A stretch of 64,000 nt of DNA from Blasia pusilla (lineage: Eukaryota): the NCBI GenBank assembly GCA_050084515.1, contig CM114271.1:39928001-39992000 (forward strand), written 5' to 3'. Below, in pieces: positions 56,301 through 64,000 of the stretch (its first letter is position 1; the number at the start of each line of letters is the position of its first letter). The translations under genes were made by a program, and so were the position numbers. Under the pieces are notes generated by a model. The model did not search any database. It was not told where the DNA came from and saw only the letters and a program-made list of their open reading frames with translations.

Positions 56301-57095
56301 TTGGCTCGACACATTGCGAGTGTCGCCGGAGTCTGGATCCACTTGGTGTGCATTTGGTACGGTGTCCAGTTGGGGGTGAGAGGATAGCCACTCACGATGC
56401 AATGCGGGATATTATGTTCTCTATTTCTCGGGAGAGTGGATTCCATGTACAAAGAGAGAGGCACTACTCCATGCGGGATTCCCTTATCTGTGCTGATCTC
56501 TACATGACGAGGGAGTCTGAGGTGGTGGTAGCGGATGTTGTAGTGACGGATCCTATGCGGGAGGCGGTGCGAGCCCAAGTGGTAGCACAAGGGAGATTGC
56601 TACAAGAGCGGCGGCGGCGGCGGCGGCGGTCAAGAAGATCCACATTTATAGTCGATTTCATGACGGACATCGATTTATCCCCCTAGCCATTGAGATGTAC
56701 GGGGCGATGGGGGAGAGGTTTGACTCGTTCCTTACGGATTGCGCCCATCATCTCCAGTCGAGAAATGGGTTGTCCTTAGCCACTGAGATACTTTATTGTA
56801 GGCAACGGGTCTCCATAGCTTTGCAGCGCGCCTAGGCAAATGGGCTCCTGCGGCGGGCTCAGGCGGTTGGAGACGCCAATGCTAGAGGCCCACTTAGTAG
56901 TAGTGATAGTTCTCTAGGTGTTGTTGATATTATCTCTGCTGTTGGTGATTTTGGTCGTTAGGGGGGAAGGCCTCCTTCTTTCTCCTCGGGGCCGGTTCCG
57001 GCCTCTTGAGGTCTATTTTTGGGGTCTCCATGCCCCCCCCTCTTTTGTATCGTGATGGGTTTCCCATCCTTTTTCTACATATATATTTTATTTCC
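53310..57095 (+). mobile_element. Non-LTR retrotransposon with RT, zinc knuckle and restriction-like endonuclease (CRE-like), copy 1, decayed
   Basis: GGIRPIAIGE, QLGVA, QVDVENAFNSVSR, GYPLG, LAND (degraded ADD), LRVLGVPLG; CEC...GVHLVRC; HDAMRD; ADL...ADVVVTDP; FIPLAIEMYG; stop at 56959-56961. 5' boundary approximate. Confidence 0.88.
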
Positions 57096-58004
57096 GGCAG
57101 CAGTTCAAGTTCCGAGTGTGCACTGTACAGAACGCACTCCTCCTCAAGGTCATCACAGTTTGTGTTCTCGTCTCATTAGGAATTCTTGATGGGACAATGA
57201 ATTATTGTAAGAAAATTTAATATGTTGGGTGTTTATGATTGCAGGTTTACTTTTCATGTGATTATCCAGTATTGCTTGTAATGATGAACTTTTGTATCTG
57301 GGCATTCTCGACTCAATTGATTTTCTTAATTTTTTCTCTATTTTTTAACGTTAGATCCGTGCACCTATGGGTAAAGTGAGATTTTCAATTGAATATGAAT
57401 GTTATCCTCTACGTTTTTAATTGAGAACTTCATGGGGCTTGGAAATTATTGTTTTGGTTGTATGGTGCAAGATTATGCTCGTAGTCCCGCAAGATGGAAA
57501 CTCATGAAGAAAACTCGTAGAGTATATTGAAAGATCACGCGGAGCCGTTGTGATGAGGACCCCTAATCCTGAATGTACTAGAAGACTGGGAGAACCGCTG
57601 GTCATAAAGGTGTACGAACCAGAGGTCGCGATAAGACCACTCGGGGCAATCCGCCAACGCTGGCTGAGGCCGGAGGTGCGGTGGGAGGTCCAAGTCCAGG
57701 TGAAGGTGGGCCCCGAATTCTCCCACCGGTTTATTTACTGATGCGTGTCATGTTGGGCTTGTGGGGCAGCCTGGTGATGCCCGAGGGTCGGAATGGGAAT
57801 AGTCCGTAGGGCATAATAACAAGATACCCAGTGAGAGATACTCGTGGGAATCTCCCGGTAATCATTGGCTCAAAAGTGAAGGCAGCGATTTTGGGCGGGG
57901 ACGGCGGGAGGCATGGACGGGGACGGCGGGAGGAAGGACGGAGGGCGTAGGGGACGAAAAGAGACGTGCTACATGTCGAAACGGAGAGCGTGACGAGAGC
58001 TTTG

Positions 58005-61000
58005 TTTTGATCCGGACCTTGCTGCATGGCGTGAAGTATTTTTATTTTTATTCATCTTTTTAGAATTCGGTTCATATTAGGGTTCCAAATGTGAATATTA
58101 GGGCTTAGCTTATTGTCATTTGGAGAAATTTCCCAAGGTAACGTCCTCTATTCACCCACCCTTCCCCTCCTTTCCCAAGTCCTTTCTTGTTTGTCGTATT
58201 TGTCGTATGTGCTTCTCATTTTGGTTCGATTCACATTTGTATTTATTACCCCTCCCGTACATACACTTTTCTTCTCATCTATTTTATCTCGAAGGGCCCA
58301 TGATCTTTTCACACTCTTAGCAACTCTACGTATTCATGAGTTTATTTTTGGGAGGGGTTGGGACTAGAAGTCCTAGGTGATGTCGGTAGGTGAGAGTTTA
58401 TGTTAGAGGGAGCATTACGTGGGACGGGAAGAGAGTGGTTTGCCGGGGACCGCTGTTCGAATGGGGATGATAGGACTCTATTGACAGGGGATTTTCGCAA
58501 GATTTTATTGGAGGGGGCCATGTCCTCTTCTTGGTGAGTTGCATCCATGCCTCGACCCGCATCGGCTCCCCGTGTGGGGACCCGTGGGTCGTCTAGTCGG
58601 GATACTAAATGCCCATGTTGTCCTGAATTCTTCACTCGTTCAGAATTCGGAACCACTTAGCGGCTAAACATCCCGACTTTGATAGATTTGGATGGGTGGT
58701 CCCTCCCCGCCGACCATGGATGCTCTCCGGTGCTTCCCGCATCATCGCCCCCTCCTGAGGCATGGGAGTGGTTGAGGTCCCACCAGGGCAGCATTATAGA
58801 TCTCTTCGAGACCCGTTTTCCCTGCCCGAGGTTGTTTCATAGGATCCCCCATGCTATTCGGGACGACCTCCGCCACGCATTCCTCCTTCCCCTCGCTAGG
58901 ATCGCCCTTGATCCTATGGATGAGCTCTCTTGGTACCTACTACTTCTCCTTCCACGATGGTGTCTTCGTTACACTCGGGGAGACGTGCTATAACCTCATA
59001 GAGAGGTTATAGCATGTCTGAGACGCTTTCGAGGAGGTGATTGGGAGTCTCTGCAGAGTGAGTTTGTGGCATTCGCCAGAGGTAGTAGTTCACATGGTTT
59101 CCCGGCGGACGATCCTGGAGCAGCCAGGTTGCGACGATGTAGGACACTGGGGCGAGCCTATGAGTACTCGCGAGCTGCACGTGCTCTTCGCCCGATGGAC
59201 ATGGCTCCTTCTTCAGGTGTTACCATCGATGCCCTCCGGAGGCTACATCCTCGTCCAGCGGTTGACATTCCAGCTTTTGCACGTGACTTCCACCCTGACA
59301 CGGCTATATGCCTTGACCCGTCCCTCTTTGCACGGGCACTCGAACGTTCTCCGAGGATTGCGGCCGGAGGTTTGTCTGGTATGATGTACGAACACCTTCG
59401 TGATTGCTTTCCTTCCGAGGACACCGCTAGCGGCTTCTCCGAAGTTGCTTCAGGTTGCCTCTCACCTAGCTCAGGGAGAGTGCCAGCAGCAGATGGCCCA
59501 AGTATTAGGGGCGGGGCGACTTTTTGGCGTTGTCAAGGAGGGTGGTGGTATCCGTCCGATTGCCATAGGTGAGGTGCTCTTGCGGTTGGTGAGTCGTACT
59601 CTCGCTTTGCAATTCCGTGAGGCTTTCGTCACATCTGAGTCCGCATCAGTTTGGAGTTGCCACGCCAGCCGGATGTGTGACGGTTGCCTTAGGTTTGAGG
59701 GCTTGTCTAGATGTACATCCAGAGTGGGTGGTTCTCCAAGTGGACGTGGAGAACGCCTTCAACTCAGATATCTCGGGCTACTATATTTCACGAGTTGAGA
59801 GACGCGGGTGGCCCCATGGCGAGCCTCATTCCCTTTGTGCAGGCTTTCTATGGGGCCCCTTCGGCCCTCTATTTCCACCATGGTCGATTCGAGGAGGAGG
59901 TCACGGTCTTGGAGTCGCCACGGGACTCGTCGGGGTGACCCCCGGGTGGCGCGTTGTTTTTGTGGCTCATTACCGAGCGGTTCTTTCTACGGTGGAGGCT
60001 TTCCCGGGTTGCATGTTCCTTCACGCAGATGATACTCATATTGTTGGTCCCTGGAGATCTGGTTGTCCCTCGCATTCGAGCACTTTTCAGCCAGTTGGCA
60101 CGTGTCGGCCTGGCGGTGAAGGTGGGGAAGTGCAAGGCTTGGTCTCCATTAGGCCTACGTGATGATCTACATTTACCCGACGGCTTCTTGCGACCTATCG
60201 GAGGGCTTCGAGTCTTGGGAGTACCGCTCGGGAGCCAGGACTTTGTATCGACTTTCGTGGCAGCGGCTCTTACCGAGGATCTTCTCCACGTTGATGATCT
60301 TACGAGGATTGGTGACCCTCAAGTCGCCTTCGGCATTCTCTCTTCTTGTTTTGGTCGTAGACCTGGTTACCTCACTAGAACTGTCTGGACATCTAGTCAC
60401 CTTTCTTCCCTATATAGATCCTTTGATAGGAAGCTCATGTAGGTGTTTGGGGATCTTCTAGGACCCGGCTCCTTAGAGTGCCCCATGGGGGAGTTAGCTC
60501 GTAGATAGGCCTCTTGGCCGATTTCTTTTGGTGGAGTAGGTCTTCTCTCGACCGAGTTAGTGGCGCCCTCCGCTTTTTTAGGGAGTTGGGCCACAGTGGC
60601 ATCCCTCCTTTGCTCCCGATTTTTGGTTAGAGATAGACCGCTCCTTCTACACTACGTCTCCCAGGTCAAGGATGGCTCTTTCCCACTTTAGTCTTCACTC
60701 ACAGCTTGTAGAGATTCCCTTCGAGTTGAGGCCCGAGCCGTTCTCCCCACTTTCTCCTCCTTAGTTACCTCCGGTCAGTCTGGGCACCAATCTTCCTTGA
60801 TGGAAGCCCACTTTGAGGCAGTTTTTAGAGGCACTATGTCTGACGGGAATATCCCCATGGAGGTTAGGGCCCGTATTCGCTCTTGCTCCGGAAAGGGGGC
60901 AGGCTCATGGGTAGGGGCGCGCCCCCTTCTCCAGGCTTTCCGTATCGCACCACTTACCTATACCATAGCGATGCGGTTCCGCTTGGGCCTCCCCCAACCA

Positions 61001-61760
61001 TCGGTGGTTGGTTCGACACACCGCGAGTGTCGCCGAGCCTGGATCCACTTGGTGTGCATTTGGCAAGTGTCGATTGGGGTGAGAGGATAGCCACTCACGA
61101 TGCAAAGGCGGGATATCATGTTCGATGATTGCTCGGGAGAGTAGCTTCCATGTGCTGAGAGAGAGGCACTACTCCATGGGGATTCCCTCATTCGTGCCGA
61201 TCTCTACATGACACGTGAGGCCGAGGTGGTTGTGGCGGACGTGGTAGTCACAGATCCACGCGGGAGGCGGGCGAGCCCAAGTGGTGGCCCAAGGGCGAAT
61301 GCTACAAGGAGCGGCGGGCGGCGAAGAAGACACATATCTCTGATCGACTACACGAGGGACACATCTTCATCCCCTGGCCATAGAGATGTATGGGGCTATG
61401 GGGGAGAGGTTCGACTCGTTCTTATGGATCGCCCATCATCTCCACTCGAGAAATGGGTTGTCCTTAGCTCTGCGATCTCAGACAGGCGGCGGGTCTCCAT
61501 AGCGTTGCAGCGTGCCAGGCTAATGGGATTTTTGCGGCGGGCTCAGTGTGGGAGACGCCGGCGCTAGAAGCCCACTTAGTAGTAGTCATAGCTCTCTTGT
61601 TGTTGCTTTGCTATTGTCTCTGCTGTTGGTGAGTTTAAATCGTTAGGGGGAATGCCCCCTTCTTCCTTTTCTGGTCCTGTTGTGGCCTTCAGGTTTTGAC
61701 TCTTTGAGTCCCCCTCTTTTGTACTTCCGATGGGTTTTCCATCACTCGTTTTTATCGAAG
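58005..61760 (+). mobile_element. Second, diverged copy of the same CRE-like RLE non-LTR retrotransposon
   Basis: Colinear with copy 1; GGIRPIAIGE, QVDVENAFNS and HADDTHI intact; many small indels. Confidence 0.88.
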
Positions 61761-61871
61761 TGCATCTTCGCCTTTTCTCCCAAAGGTGGGATCGAGCATG
61801 TTCTTTCTTTCTTTCAGGTTCAGGGCCCTACTCTGTGCATGAGGGCACGCGGGGCTGACAGACGTCGTGAG

Positions 61872-62000
61872 CGGTCTGAGCAGGACTGGAGGGTTTCCGG
61901 CGCACCGTTTTCGCGTATGTATGGCCCACCGCATCGGTGGCAACCGACGACAGCATGGGACCGACGCCTCTCTAGTGACTTCCGATGGACGGTGTAGAGG
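61872..62000. repeat. ~130 bp segment duplicated in degraded form at 51818-51940
   Basis: Shared tggagggttt...gcgtatgtatggccca...tggcaaccgac...ctctagtgact. Confidence 0.75.
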
Positions 62001-64000
62001 TGAGAACTTCGAAACGATCTCAACAGTCAATAGTTTGAAGTTCGTCATGCACTTCAACGTGACGAGCAACTCGGAGAAATGACGTGTCGCTCACTGTTTA
62101 AGATTGGTTTTTCATCCCGATGTCAACAAGCGACTTCCGGGAAAGGACGTATCTTGTGTTCTCCCCGCGTGGGACTATCTACTCCAAAGTTCGACATACT
62201 TACTGCAGTTGCGCAATTGGGATCCCTGTTTTGTATTTTCGAATGTTTATGTATAGAGTTAATTGTACAAGTATTTTTTTAAAAGTGGTTTAATATTTCT
62301 GTCGAGAAATATTTTCGACAAAGATCATATGTTTCTTAGTTAAAATATCATCATAAATTTTAAGATTTTGTTTCCAAAGAGGATAAGAAAAGACGACGAG
62401 GAGAGAAATATGAAAAATGAGTGAAAGGAAAGATTGTCAACAAGCAAGACAGAAAAAAATCTGTGTTTCTTTCGGTAATCTCGTCGTAAAATATTTTTTG
62501 TTACTCAATCGTTATTGGCGGTACCCCAAGGCAGTTTGGTTTGGTTGCATGCTTTCTCTCGTCAGAATTGACGATTACTTTCCATCGGCCGACTATGCTC
62601 CAAACCTATGGAAATCCTGATGGATCGTCATTCCCTTGGGAAAGCATTTACTTAGGGCATCTATATTACCATGGGAGAGTGTCTTTTTGATTTGCAAACA
62701 CATCTATGTTTGACACATGGGGACTGGACGACAAGAAAATGTTTCACATGACATAGACAATAAGAAAAAAATTCGAACTTGTATGAAACATCATTAATCC
62801 TTTCCCTTCACAAAATTCTTCAAATACTTCTTCATTTTCCGTTCTATTTAAAATAATACACTGGTGTGATAGTTCAAGGCCGTTGTACTAAGAATGGAAT
62901 ATCGAAAAACACGGGATCTATGCTATTAAAACAGCAAAGGTAGTGAGTTGAGACCTTTAAAATAAACCTCACGTATCTCCTTATGTTTTTGGAATAATTT
63001 TTTCTGTGATACGGAAAGATTATCAGGCGAAAACTCTCTTTTCGTATAAACTAGTGTGTCATGAAGTGCTTAGCGATGAATCTCCTCACGAAAAATCGGA
63101 GGCATTTTTCTCTGCTGGTTATGCGCCGGGCGGGTGATGACGAGTCGTAGCGGTGAAACCACGAGGCATACCGCTCGCAGTAAGCTTTCGGCCAAACGCA
63201 AACGACCCCATGACAGCTTCAACCCCACGCGGGCGGAAAACGTAGTCGGGAAACGACAGAGCCGGATCGGAAGAAAGAAGAGGAGGGGAAGAGCGGTAAG
63301 AACTGAACTCCGCTCCGCAGTGCCATGAAACTTGGGCGATGACTTTTGTGCGTCACGGTTGGGTGGTGGGGTGGGACCTCGTGGTTTCTTTTGGCGGAGC
63401 AGGTGCGGCGGGCGGGTCGGCTGAAGTGGGACGGGGTCAGGGCAGGAAGATGCTGAGGCAAGTTGAGCGGTACAGTCCAGTAGGAGACGGAAAGTCCTGC
63501 GGATCCTGCCGCGTTGCGTTGCCTTTAATACTCGACTCCGTAGCTGACAGCGCAACACGAACTGCTCGAGCTTCGTCGGTAGCATATGTCACTGTCTGGA
63601 ATATCGCCCTCGAGGTCCATTTATACCACCCGTGCCCTTGTGGAGGCTGTCTGTCTACTCAGCGATCAGCCTGGCAGGCTCGCCTTCCTCCCCACGTTTC
63701 TGTTCGCCACATCCTCACAACTCGCACGAACCGAACGATCGGTCGAGCTTGTGAGCGATCTTATGCTCGACATACCGCGCGGAGCTCTCGTCTACTAAAT
63801 TGTGTACACCATCTGCACTCCGCTCGTGCGAGGGTGATCTGTTCGCCGGGGTCGCTGAGCTCTGAGGCTCCGGATCGGCCTTCTCTTGCGCAATCAGGAA
63901 CGCCGAGAAGGATTTCACAGGGCTCAGCGATATTCGGGAGTCGTCCTCCTGTGAGTTTGAAGACGCATCTCGTTTTCGGTCGAGAGTAGGCATGCAGATA

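Noticed and set aside
59400-61600. Dense frameshifts in RLE copy 2 as programmed recoding
   Set aside because: Scattered single-base losses fit decay or sequencing/assembly error better.
63070-63993. Long overlapping ORFs at the window end
   Set aside because: GC-rich, no ATG-led coherent protein; possibly the promoter or leader of a gene beyond the window.

Overview
Eukaryotic nuclear DNA, most likely from a non-seed land plant (bryophyte-like, judged from the plastocyanin sequence and transposon types). Three host genes are supported: a spliced minus-strand gene of unknown function with an MGKCMSK acylation-type N-terminus (~174-3843), an intronless plastocyanin gene (20546-21043) and a six-unit polyubiquitin gene (24673-26046). 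The rest is mostly decayed, nested transposons: solo LTRs, two Helitron/PIF1 remnants, a small Helitron whose empty site is also in the window, a 9.3 kb Ty3/Gypsy block, and three copies of a CRE-like non-LTR retrotransposon with a restriction-like endonuclease. The main finding is in the Gypsy pol. A decayed DNMT3-like cytosine-5 methyltransferase domain (motifs I, II, IV, VI, VIII, IX and X all readable; ~39815-40770) lies between protease and reverse transcriptase, and a PHD finger (~36423-36565) follows the integrase. This looks like a retrotransposon with its own chromatin reader and writer. The ORF track shows only fragments of the methyltransferase and none of the PHD finger, because stops and frameshifts break them up. 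All assignments come from manual reading; no searches were run.
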